Source: Anaerolineales bacterium
GTDB taxonomy: Bacteria > Chloroflexota > Anaerolineae > Anaerolineales > UBA6663
Assembly: GCA_044224715.1 (NCBI GenBank)
Contig: JBGAJV010000010.1
Coordinates: 13,619-77,618, forward strand
Length of the DNA: 64,000 bases
Direction: 5' to 3'
Below, piece by piece: positions 19,615 to 28,738 of the stretch (positions within the stretch are counted from its first letter, which is position 1; every line of letters begins with the position of its first letter). The position numbers and the translations under genes are program-made. The notes below the pieces were generated by a model. That model had not been told where the DNA came from. It saw nothing but the letters and a program-made list of their open reading frames with translations, and made no database searches.

Positions 19615-21222
19615 ATGCCCTACTCCCTGCCCGACCTGCCCGCCCACGAGATCGCCTCACGCGTACGTGCCGGCACCCTGACGGCCCGAGCCGTCGTTGA
19701 GGCCACGCTGGCCCGGATCGCTGTCGTGGACGGCGACCGACCCACCACGAACCCCGCCGCGGTCAAGGCCGACGACGGCGGGCGCGTCCACGCTTACATC
19801 TCGGTGCAGGCCGAGCGGGCGCTCGCCCGGGCGGATGCGATCGACGCCATGATCGCGCGCGGCGAAGATCCCGGACCGCTGGCCGGCGTGCCTCTAAGCG
19901 TCAAAGACGTCTTCTGTGTCACCGGCGCGCCGGCCACGGCCGCCAGCCGCATGCTCGAAGACTTCATCGCGCCCTACACCGCGACGCCGGTCGAACGCCT
20001 GGAAGCGGCCGGCGCGATCGTCATCGGCAAGGTTAACCTCGACGAGTACGCCTACGGGTCCTCGACCGAGTCTTCTGCCTTCCAGCCCACGACGCGAAAT
20101 CCCTGGGATGCAACCTGTGTGCCCGGTGGATCCTCGGGCGGAAGCGCCGCCAGCGTCGCGGCCGGCGAGGCCGCGCTGTCGATCGGCACCGACACCGCCG
20201 GATCGATCCGACAGCCGGCGGCGTTCTGCGGCGTGGTCGGGATGAAGCCGACCTATGGGCGCGTCAGCCGCTATGGCCTGATCGCCTTCGGGTCCTCGCT
20301 CGACTGCCCCGGGCCGGTGGCTCGGAACGCGCGCGACGCGGCGTTGGGTCTCCAGGCGATGGCCGGCGCCGATCCGCGCGACGCGACGGCAGCCGCCGTG
20401 CCGGTGCCGGACTACACGGCCAACCTCGCGGCCGGGGTGCGTGGGCTGCGCATCGGCCTGAGCCCCGACTACTTCCGGATCCGCTACCCCGATCCGACCA
20501 CGGGCGAGATCCGCGACGTGGACCTCCCGGCGGAGATCGTTCAGGCGACCCGCGACGCAGCCGAGGCGTTGGCGCGGGCCGGCGCCGAGATCGTCGAGGG
20601 CGTCCCGATGCCCAACACGTCATTCGGCATCCCGACCTACTTCGTCATCTCGCGCGTGGAGGCCGCGTCGAACCTCCACCGGTTCGACGGCGTCAAGTAC
20701 GGCCATCGCACGACGCAGCCGATCGCCGATCTCCGCGACATGTATCGCAAGTCGCGCGGCGAAGGGTTCGGCCGTCAACCCAAACTGCGCGTGCTCATGG
20801 GCACGTACGTCAACAGCGCTTCGTATGAGGCCCGGTACTATCAACGCGCGTTGCGGGTGCGCACGTTGATCCGCCGCGACTTCGAGGCGATCTTCGATCC
20901 GAACGGCCAGTACCGGCTCAACGCGTTGTTGACGCCGACCACGCCGACCACGGCTTTCAGACTCGCGGCCATGTACGGCGACTCGGTGCTGATGCAGTAC
21001 GCCGACCTGCTCGCCGTCAACGCGAACCACGCCGGTGTGCCGGCCCTGTCGATGCCCGGCGGCCTCGACGACCAGGGTCTGCCGATTGGCGTGCAACTGT
21101 TCGGAGCAGATTGGGACGAGGCGACCCTGTTGCGCATCGCCCACACCTTTGAGACCGAGACGGCCGCCGCCGCGTGGCGCAGTCGCCGACCGCCGGTCCT
21201 GGCCGAGCTGGATAGCAACTAA
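19615..21222 (+). CDS. gatA: Glu-tRNA(Gln) amidotransferase subunit A
   Basis: 535 aa with the amidase signature GGSSGGSAASVAAG and the PLAGVPLSVKD motif. Confidence 0.9.
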   Translation: MPYSLPDLPAHEIASRVRAGTLTARAVVEATLARIAVVDGDRPTTNPAAVKADDGGRVHAYISVQAERALARADAIDAMIARGEDPGPLAGVPLSVKDVFCVTGAPATAASRMLEDFIAPYTATPVERLEAAGAIVIGKVNLDEYAYGSSTESSAFQPTTRNPWDATCVPGGSSGGSAASVAAGEAALSIGTDTAGSIRQPAAFCGVVGMKPTYGRVSRYGLIAFGSSLDCPGPVARNARDAALGLQAMAGADPRDATAAAVPVPDYTANLAAGVRGLRIGLSPDYFRIRYPDPTTGEIRDVDLPAEIVQATRDAAEALARAGAEIVEGVPMPNTSFGIPTYFVISRVEAASNLHRFDGVKYGHRTTQPIADLRDMYRKSRGEGFGRQPKLRVLMGTYVNSASYEARYYQRALRVRTLIRRDFEAIFDPNGQYRLNALLTPTTPTTAFRLAAMYGDSVLMQYADLLAVNANHAGVPALSMPGGLDDQGLPIGVQLFGADWDEATLLRIAHTFETETAAAAWRSRRPPVLAELDSN

Positions 21223-21256
21223 GGCTCAGCCGAGCCGTCCGGAGAGCGAGAGCATC

Positions 21257-21886
21257 GTGGAGTTTTACATCGTACAAGGCATCAGTCTCGGGCTTGCGGT
21301 CGCGATCGCGCCCGGGCCGCTTCAGGCCTATCTTCTGGCCCAGTCCGTCCGATTTGGCCCACGGCATACGCTGCCGCTGGTCCTGGCGCCGCTCGTCAGC
21401 GACGTCCCGATCATCGCCCTTGTGTTGTTCACGCTCGCGTTCCTGCCGGAGTGGGCGCTGCGGACGCTACAGATCGGCGGCGGCATCGTGCTGTTGTACC
21501 TGGCCTACGAGTCGTACACGCACTTGCGGCGGCCGCCGGTCGGCGCGCCCGATGCGCGTCAGGCGGGGCAGAGCTTCGTCAAAGCCGTGCTGATGAACGG
21601 GTTGAGCCCCGGCCCGTACATCTTCTGGTTCACCATCGCCGGGCCGATCTTTCGCGCCGGATACAACCAGGATCCCTGGCTGGGTTGGGCCTATCTGATC
21701 GGGTTCGGCCTCGGCCTGATCGCCGGGCTGACCGTGTTCGTCCTGACGGTCGGCACGACGCGCCGACTCAACGAACGGTCGCAGATGATGATCAACGTCG
21801 CCACGACGCTGATCCTCGCGGGCTTCGGCGTCTATCAGATCTGGGCCGGCGTCTTTTTGTCGACATCGTCGGCGCTGGCACACTGA
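21257..21886 (+). CDS. LysE/RhtB-family amino-acid exporter
   Basis: Start at GTG 21257 after GGAGAG. The N-terminus has IAPGPLQAYLL, and there are about 6 TM segments. The upstream part of ORF 21035 overlaps gatA. Confidence 0.7.
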   Translation: MEFYIVQGISLGLAVAIAPGPLQAYLLAQSVRFGPRHTLPLVLAPLVSDVPIIALVLFTLAFLPEWALRTLQIGGGIVLLYLAYESYTHLRRPPVGAPDARQAGQSFVKAVLMNGLSPGPYIFWFTIAGPIFRAGYNQDPWLGWAYLIGFGLGLIAGLTVFVLTVGTTRRLNERSQMMINVATTLILAGFGVYQIWAGVFLSTSSALAH

Positions 21887-21927
21887 CGCGCCGCAGGTCG
21901 GCGCGCCGTGCAGAAAGTCGTCGCCGC

Positions 21928-24900
21928 ATGGGCTGGCCGGATTGGATCGTGAGGGCGCGTCAGCATCACGATCGACTCGACGCTGTGCTTGCCGTGCTGT
22001 TGGCCCTGCCGGCAGTGGCGCCATTTCTGAGCCAGCTCACGCGTGGCTACGACACGGCGCCCCACATCCTCCGCTTCGTCCTGTTGGATCAGAGCCTGGC
22101 CGGCGGCCAGGCTCTTCCGCGCTGGTCGCCGGAGTTGATGAGCGGGTACGGATATCCGCTGTTCAACTTCTATGCACCCGCGGTCTACTACCTCGGCGTG
22201 TTGGCCCGCCGCCTCGGTCTTGACGGCGCCGCGGCCTTTCAGGCCGTCGCGGCCGTGCTGCTCGCGACGGCGGCGATCGGCGCCTGGCGCCTGTGCCGCG
22301 ACCTCGCCGACGCCTATGGCCCCGACCACGGTGCCGGATCGACGCGCCGAGTGGCGGCCCTGGTCGGCGCCGTCGTCTATGTCTACGCGCCGTACATGCT
22401 GATCAACGTGTACGTCCGCGGCGCCATCGCCGAGCTGGCGGCGCAAGCGCTGCTGCCCTGGGTCTTGTGGGTGTTCCGTCGCGTCGCCACGACCAAAGAC
22501 CCGCTCCGCTATGCGCCGGCCGCGGCCCTGTTGCTGACCGGCGTCATCTTCAGCCACACGATCTCGCTGCTGCTCGCTCCAACGTTCGTGGTCCTGATGG
22601 CGCTCGTCCAGGCCGGAAAGCCCACGCGCCGTTGGCTCTGGGTCCTCGGCACCGGCCTGACGGCCCTTGCGTTCAGCGCCATGTTCTGGGTGGCGTTGGT
22701 CTTCGAGCGCGGCGCCGTAGGCACGACGGCGTATCAGGCCGCGCAACAGGTCGGCGCCGAGGCCTTCTTGCAGCTTGGCGATTGGATTTGGACCGCGCCC
22801 ACCTACCCGTACGAGCGCATCACATCCGGCCTACGCTTCGGCCTGAGCCTGCCGCACCTGCTCCTCGCCATCGCCGGCGTGGCGCTTTGGCGACGGCGCC
22901 TGAACCGCGAACTCGTCGCGCACATCCTGGTCGTGATCGGCGTGGCCGCGCTGCAACTTGACGTCACACGACCGCTCTGGGCGCTCGGCGGCGTGATCGA
23001 TGTGGTCCAGGCGCCGTCGCGCACGCAGACCTACCTGTATCTGTCGATCGCGGCGCTGACGGCGATCGGGTTGATGCGGCTGCCGCGCTTCGTGGAGCCC
23101 CGTCCGCTGGGAGTCGCCCTGATGGCGCTCCTCGTGGTGACGGCTTCGCCATGGGCGACGCTCGCGCCGCCGTGGCTCGAGTCAACGACGGAAGCCGGGC
23201 TTGCGCAGATCGCCAATGCCGAAGCGACGGGCCCGATGCCGGCCGCGTCGGCCTACCCGGATTTCCTGCCGCGCTGGGTCGACCTCTCCGGCGGGTTGGC
23301 CAACCCGGCCGCGTCGGGAGACGTCGCCGCGACCGCGGTGCTCACGGCCATCGGCCCGACCGAGTACCGTCTGCGCGTCGACTCACCGGAGGCCTGGATC
23401 CTCCACACGGCGGACTTCTTCTTCCCGGGTTGGTCGATCTGGGTCGACGATGCCGCCGTCGACGTTCAGGCCGCGTCGCCGCTTGGCCTCGTCACGGCAC
23501 AAATCCCTGCGGGCGAACACGAGGTCCGCGTGGCTTTCGTCGGCTCGTTGCCTCAGCAGCTGGGGGCCTGGATCACGACGGCGGCGGCCGCCTGCGTCGC
23601 CGTTCTGCTCGGATGGCGTCGGTGTTGGTCCTCGGCAGCCGCAACACTGGTGCTGATGGGCCTCGGGCTGTGGATGGGACCGCTCGGTCGGGCGGACGTG
23701 CAATCGGTCGACGCGACGCCGCTCGCGGTCTCCGGCGCGCCGTTCGACCTGCTCGACGTGACGACCACGCAAGCCACGCCGGATCGCCTCATGGTGCGCG
23801 CCGTGTGGTTCGTGCGCACAGCCGGGCCCGATGTCAGGCTGCGCTGGGTGCTCAAAGACGCCGATGGTGTCATCGTCGCCGAGACACGCGGTCGGCCGTG
23901 GTTCGATCACGCCCACAGCCAGGCGTGGCCCGCTGGCACCGTGGCCGACGATCGCGCCGAGATCCGCCTGCCGGGCGAACTGCCGGCCGGCACGTATCGT
24001 CTCGCCGTGTGCGCGCAAGCCGAAGCAGAACGGGCGACGGCCTGTGAGCCGACCACGGTCGCGCGGACCGGTGTCGCGATTTCGACGCCGGGGGCATCGC
24101 TCGCCGGCGGGTCCACGCGGATCAGCTTCGAACATGACCTGGATCTTGTCGCCGCCATCCTCGAAACGCCGGAAGGCGATCTTGCGCTGGGTGAGGCGGC
24201 GCCCGTCGTCACGACCGAGGAAGCGCTCGTCCTGCGGCTGATCTGGCGCGCGCGGAATTGGCTCCTTCCCGAACGACTCGACAGCACACCGATCGTGATG
24301 ACGCGTCAGGGCGAGCGGCTGTCTTACTCCACCTACCCGCTCGCCGGTCTGCAGGGCTGGCCGCGCAGCGTTCCACCGGGCACGTTGATCGTCGATCGTC
24401 AGCAGATCGACCTGGATGACGCCGCTGCCGGGGGCCGCTACCCGGTGACCGTGAGGGTGTTCGATCCGGCCACGGGCGCCTATCTGCGGGTATTGGACAA
24501 CACGGGCCAGCCCGTCGGCGACGTCGCCACGATCGGCGAGATCCGACTGTTCGCCTCCGACTCGACACGGGTCGCTATCCCACGCGATGCGGTCGTGGGC
24601 GACGTCGCGCGGTTCATCGGCTCCGAACTCTCCGGCGCCGGCGCAACCCTGAAACCCGGCGGCGTGCTGACCTTGACCGTGGCGTATCGCGCACTGCAGC
24701 CGGCCGATCGCGAGCTGACGCAGTTCGTCCATGTGTATAGCCTCGATGGCGGTCTGATCGCGCAGGCCGACGCCCCGCCCAGGGCCGGCAACAACCCGGC
24801 GCCGTCGTGGATCGCAGGCGAAGTCGTCCGCGACACGGTGGTGTTGACGCTTTCGCCAGATGCGCCGGCCGGCCGGTATCAGGTGCTCTGGGGGCTGTAC

Positions 24901-25002
24901 GATCCGGTCACCGGCGAGCGGGTGCCGATCACGTTGCCCGATGGGTCCGAGCCGGCCGATCGGGCCCTGGTGCTGACCGAAGTCCAGGTCGCGGCGCCGT
25001 AA
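21928..25002 (+). CDS. Large polytopic membrane protein, third YfhO/PTPS-related-like paralog with three C-terminal repeat modules
   Basis: Start at ATG 21928 (MGWPDWIVRARQ). The loop YDTAPHILRFVLLDQSL..LPRWSPELMSGYGYPLFNFYAP parallels 1063 and 4166, and FFFPGWSIWVDD is present. C-terminal modules span about 23690-24999 and end in FVHVYSLDGGLIAQADAPP..PAPSW..GLYDPVTGERV. Confidence 0.8.
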   Translation: MGWPDWIVRARQHHDRLDAVLAVLLALPAVAPFLSQLTRGYDTAPHILRFVLLDQSLAGGQALPRWSPELMSGYGYPLFNFYAPAVYYLGVLARRLGLDGAAAFQAVAAVLLATAAIGAWRLCRDLADAYGPDHGAGSTRRVAALVGAVVYVYAPYMLINVYVRGAIAELAAQALLPWVLWVFRRVATTKDPLRYAPAAALLLTGVIFSHTISLLLAPTFVVLMALVQAGKPTRRWLWVLGTGLTALAFSAMFWVALVFERGAVGTTAYQAAQQVGAEAFLQLGDWIWTAPTYPYERITSGLRFGLSLPHLLLAIAGVALWRRRLNRELVAHILVVIGVAALQLDVTRPLWALGGVIDVVQAPSRTQTYLYLSIAALTAIGLMRLPRFVEPRPLGVALMALLVVTASPWATLAPPWLESTTEAGLAQIANAEATGPMPAASAYPDFLPRWVDLSGGLANPAASGDVAATAVLTAIGPTEYRLRVDSPEAWILHTADFFFPGWSIWVDDAAVDVQAASPLGLVTAQIPAGEHEVRVAFVGSLPQQLGAWITTAAAACVAVLLGWRRCWSSAAATLVLMGLGLWMGPLGRADVQSVDATPLAVSGAPFDLLDVTTTQATPDRLMVRAVWFVRTAGPDVRLRWVLKDADGVIVAETRGRPWFDHAHSQAWPAGTVADDRAEIRLPGELPAGTYRLAVCAQAEAERATACEPTTVARTGVAISTPGASLAGGSTRISFEHDLDLVAAILETPEGDLALGEAAPVVTTEEALVLRLIWRARNWLLPERLDSTPIVMTRQGERLSYSTYPLAGLQGWPRSVPPGTLIVDRQQIDLDDAAAGGRYPVTVRVFDPATGAYLRVLDNTGQPVGDVATIGEIRLFASDSTRVAIPRDAVVGDVARFIGSELSGAGATLKPGGVLTLTVAYRALQPADRELTQFVHVYSLDGGLIAQADAPPRAGNNPAPSWIAGEVVRDTVVLTLSPDAPAGRYQVLWGLYDPVTGERVPITLPDGSEPADRALVLTEVQVAAP

Positions 25003-25046
25003 GCGGTGATGCGAGCGGCGCAGACGACACCGGCCAATGGAGCGAG

Positions 25047-25052
25047 TACAAT
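25047..25052 (+). promoter_or_regulatory. -10 element TACAAT, 6 nt upstream of gatB ATG (leaderless architecture)
   Basis: gagTACAATCggcctATG. A partial -35 (acGACA) lies 17 nt upstream. Confidence 0.55.
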
Positions 25053-25058
25053 CGGCCT

Positions 25059-26504
25059 ATGCCATCTTACGAAGCCGTCATCGGGCTGGAGATCCACATC
25101 CAGCTGAACACCCGCACCAAGATCTTCTGTGGCTGTCTGGCCGATAGCTGGGGCGCGCAACCCAACACCAATATCTGTCCCGTGTGCTGCGGTCTGCCCG
25201 GTGTGCTCCCGGTGCTGAACCGCGCCGCGGTCGAGAAGGCCATGCTGCTGGGCGCCGCGATCGGCGCCACGGTGTGCGACGAGAGCTTCTTCGATCGCAA
25301 GAATTACTTCTACCCCGACCTGCCGAAGGGCTATCAGATCACGCAATACGATCAGGCCGTCGTCCAAGGCGGGCGCTTCGACGTCCCGATGCCCGACGGT
25401 CGCACGCTGTCGGTGTCGATCACGAAGGCGCATCTCGAGGAAGATGCCGGCAAGACGCGCAACAACCCGTCCAGCGGCGTGCGTCAGATCGACATGAACC
25501 GCTGCGGCGTCCCGCTGATCGAGATGGTCACCGGCCCCGACCTGCGCTCGGCCGAAGAGGCCGCGCAGTTCCTGGTGCATCTGCGTCAGTTGTTGCGCTG
25601 GCTCGACGTCTCGGATGCGAACCTCGAACGCGGCCACCTGCGCTGCGACGCCAATGTCTCGATCCGCGAAGCCGGGGAGACGGTGCTCAACCCCAAGACC
25701 GAGATCAAGAACGTGAACTCGATCGACGCCGTGCGCAACGCCATCGAGGCCGAGATCGCGCGTCAGATCGGCGAGGTCGAGGCCGGGCGACGCGTGTCGG
25801 CCTGGACGTTGGATTGGGACGACGAGACCCAAACGCTGCGCAAGATGCGTTCGAAGGAAACCGAGGCCGACTACAGCTACTTCCGCGAGCCCGATCTGCT
25901 CTCGGCGTTGCTGAACCCCGAGTGGAAGCAGTCGGTGCTGGCGACGCTGCCCGAGCTCCCGCTGGCTCGCCGCGCGCGGTTCGTCGCGGATTACCAGCTG
26001 AACGACTACGACGCGACGATCCTGACCGACGAGCGCTCGCTGTCGGACTACTACGAGACGGCCGTTCAACTCGGCGGCAACCCCAAGTCCGTGGCCAACT
26101 GGATGATGAATGACGTGCTGCGCGTGCTGAACGAGAGCGGCGCATCGCCGGCCGAACTCGTGTTCCGGCCCGAGCATCTGGCCGAGACGATCAAGCTCGT
26201 CGACGCGGGCACGATCAACCGCGCCACCGGCACAAGCCTGATCTCGAAGGTGATCGCTTCCGGTCGCACGCCGGCCGACATCATCGCGGCGGAGGGTCTG
26301 GCGCAGATCTCGGGCTCAGATGCCTTGCGCGCGCTGGCGCAGTCGGTGCTCGACGAGAACGCGCAGCAGATCGACGCCTATCGGAAGAAGCCGGCGTTGT
26401 TGAAGTGGTTCGTCGGCCAGGCGATGCGCAAGAGCCAGGGCAAGGCCAACGCTCAGACGCTTGAGCAGATCTTTCTCGAGTTGTTGCCAGCCGCTAACGC
26501 ATGA
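25059..26504 (+). CDS. gatB: Asp/Glu-tRNA amidotransferase subunit B
   Basis: Start MPSYEAVIGLEIHIQLNT..KIFCGC, the typical GatB N-terminus, with a C-terminal GatB/YqeY-like tail. The upstream part of ORF 24807 overlaps the preceding gene. Confidence 0.9.
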   Translation: MPSYEAVIGLEIHIQLNTRTKIFCGCLADSWGAQPNTNICPVCCGLPGVLPVLNRAAVEKAMLLGAAIGATVCDESFFDRKNYFYPDLPKGYQITQYDQAVVQGGRFDVPMPDGRTLSVSITKAHLEEDAGKTRNNPSSGVRQIDMNRCGVPLIEMVTGPDLRSAEEAAQFLVHLRQLLRWLDVSDANLERGHLRCDANVSIREAGETVLNPKTEIKNVNSIDAVRNAIEAEIARQIGEVEAGRRVSAWTLDWDDETQTLRKMRSKETEADYSYFREPDLLSALLNPEWKQSVLATLPELPLARRARFVADYQLNDYDATILTDERSLSDYYETAVQLGGNPKSVANWMMNDVLRVLNESGASPAELVFRPEHLAETIKLVDAGTINRATGTSLISKVIASGRTPADIIAAEGLAQISGSDALRALAQSVLDENAQQIDAYRKKPALLKWFVGQAMRKSQGKANAQTLEQIFLELLPAANA

Positions 26505-28738
26505 CCCGTGCGCGGGCCCGCATGTGGGCGGGTCGTCTCTGGCCGATCATCGCTCTGACGCTCGCAGGGGCGTTGTTCTTCTGGCGTTTCGCGGCGCCGG
26601 ATGAGCGCGACCGCATCGCCTACGAGCCCGGCGATTTCACCGAGACCTTCCTCGGGTTTCATCAACAGACGTACGTCGCTTTTGTGGCGGGCCGCTGGGC
26701 CGATTGGTCCGACTGCCTGTGGTCGGGCTACCCGCTCGGCGGCGACCCCCAAGCCCAGTTGTTCTATCCCCCGAAGTGGATCGCGTTCGCGCTCCTGCGC
26801 CTCCAAGGCTATGGCCACTTTCCTCTGGGGGCATTGACGGCCGAGATCGCGGCGCACTATCTGTTGCTGTCGTTTGGCACCTATGGCTGGCTGCGCGGGC
26901 TGCGTCTCAGGCGTGGCGCGGCCGCGTTCGGCGCCGTCGTCTTCGCCTACGGCGGTTACGCCATGGGATACGCCCCACTCCAGTCGGCTGTGCTGATGAC
27001 GGCGACCTGGCTGCCGTATGTGCTCTGGGCGTTGGATCGATTGGCGCGCCACGGTCGCGCGGGCGACCTCGCGCTCGTCGCGTTGGCAGCCGCTCTGGCC
27101 TTCTATGCCGGTCACCCGCAAACGTTTCTGTTCGTCGGGCTGTTGAGCGGCCTGTACTGGATCCTGCGTCTGCGGCAGATACGCCGCGGCAACGGCTGGT
27201 CCGCGGCGATGACGATCGCGCTGGGCGGGTTCATCATCGCGCTTTGTCTGGCACAACTGACGCCGACCATCACGTTCAGCCAGGCGTCGACGCGCGCCAG
27301 GATCGCGTACGTCGATGCCAGCGGCGGATTCCCGTTCGTCGATCTGCTGCAGCTGGTCCTCACCGGCGTCGTCAGCCATTGGCATCCGTTGTTCGTCGGT
27401 CTGCTGCCCCTGAGCCTGGCGATCTATGGGCTGAGGCGCGCCGACGCGACGCGCCGTTTCTGGCTTGCGATCGTTGTCGTCGGGCTGGTCCTCGGTTTTG
27501 GCGAGCGCGCCGGCTGGACCGGCGCCGTGTTCAACCTCGTGCCGGGTTGGAGCCTGTTCCGCGGCCAGGAGCGCGTGGCGATCTGGGTCAGCTTTGCCCT
27601 GGCGACGTTGGCGGCGTATGGCGCCGACGATGCGTTCGGTCCACTGACCCGTGGTGCGCACCGCGCGTTACGCCACAGCACGTGGACCAATGTCGCGCTA
27701 TGGATCGGTGTCGGCTTGCTCGCCTTGGGTGGCGTGCTGGTTGCCCGCCTCGACCTCGACCGCACCGATTGGCGCGCCCTGCCCGACCGCGTCGGCGTCA
27801 TGTGGCTGGGCGCGAGCCTGGCGCTGGCCTTCTGGCTGCTGCGCACGTACTGGATGCGCTCGGCGCGCGCGCTGCTGCCGCTTTTGGCGCTTGCCGCGGT
27901 CGTCACCGAGCTGTACGCCGCGAACCGGCCGCTCAACGTCGTGGCCGCTTATGACCCGACGCCGCCCAGCGTGCTCCTCGAGCCGATCCTCGAAGCACGC
28001 GACGTCGCGCCGAACGCTTTCTTTCGCGTCAACGATGATGCCGGCCTCCCCGGTCACGCCGGGTGTCTGTATGGCTTTCGGCATATCGATGGCCGGACGC
28101 CGATCAAACTGACCGCGTACGCGCAGTTCCACGAACGTCTTCCCGAGCGCGTTCAGTGGCAGCTCCTCGGGGTCTCGTATCTCATCACGCGCCGCGATTC
28201 GATCGAGGACGCCGGCGCTCAGGTCATCGCGACCCAGCCGGAGGCCGGGATCCGCACCTGGCGGCTCTCGACCGAACCCCGCCGGGCCTGGCTCAGCCAT
28301 GTCGTGATCTCGGCCGCGTCGACGCAAGTTGTGCTGGATCAACTGTCGCAGGCGCAGAACCTGTACGACACGGCCTGGTGGGTCGGTTCGAGCCCCAACG
28401 TCGGCCCGGCCACCGGGGGCGAGTCGGTCACCGTCCTCGCGGACGCGCCGGGCCGCATCACGCTTCAACTGACCACGACCGCGCCGGCCGTGTTGACCGT
28501 CAGCGAAGCCTTCGCGCCGGGGTGGCAGGCGCTGATCGACGGCCGACCCGCCGAGGTCGAGGTCAGCGACGGCGCCCTCTTGGGCCTTGCCGTCCCGGCC
28601 GGCGACTCTCTCATCGAACTGACCTACACGCCCGCGGAACGGTCGCCTTCGCTGGGTCTGTCCGGGCTGGCCGCGCTCATCGCTCTTGGTCTCGCGGCGC
28701 GCGACGCGTTCCGCAGTCTGCGAGCCAACCGGGCATGA
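26501..28738 (+). CDS. YfhO-family-like polytopic membrane protein (GT-C-like)
   Basis: 745 aa. Its ATG overlaps the gatB stop (ATGA). The motif GDFTETFLGF..LWSGYPLGGDPQAQLFYPP is present, and the C-terminus has FAPGWQALIDGRPAEV...LTYTP plus a terminal TM helix, as in YfhO proteins. Confidence 0.7.
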   Translation: MTRARARMWAGRLWPIIALTLAGALFFWRFAAPDERDRIAYEPGDFTETFLGFHQQTYVAFVAGRWADWSDCLWSGYPLGGDPQAQLFYPPKWIAFALLRLQGYGHFPLGALTAEIAAHYLLLSFGTYGWLRGLRLRRGAAAFGAVVFAYGGYAMGYAPLQSAVLMTATWLPYVLWALDRLARHGRAGDLALVALAAALAFYAGHPQTFLFVGLLSGLYWILRLRQIRRGNGWSAAMTIALGGFIIALCLAQLTPTITFSQASTRARIAYVDASGGFPFVDLLQLVLTGVVSHWHPLFVGLLPLSLAIYGLRRADATRRFWLAIVVVGLVLGFGERAGWTGAVFNLVPGWSLFRGQERVAIWVSFALATLAAYGADDAFGPLTRGAHRALRHSTWTNVALWIGVGLLALGGVLVARLDLDRTDWRALPDRVGVMWLGASLALAFWLLRTYWMRSARALLPLLALAAVVTELYAANRPLNVVAAYDPTPPSVLLEPILEARDVAPNAFFRVNDDAGLPGHAGCLYGFRHIDGRTPIKLTAYAQFHERLPERVQWQLLGVSYLITRRDSIEDAGAQVIATQPEAGIRTWRLSTEPRRAWLSHVVISAASTQVVLDQLSQAQNLYDTAWWVGSSPNVGPATGGESVTVLADAPGRITLQLTTTAPAVLTVSEAFAPGWQALIDGRPAEVEVSDGALLGLAVPAGDSLIELTYTPAERSPSLGLSGLAALIALGLAARDAFRSLRANRA

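Noticed and set aside
24879-26177. 432-aa minus-strand ORF (also 25184..26113 plus)
   Set aside because: It is antisense or out of frame to gatB, which is strongly supported by motifs.
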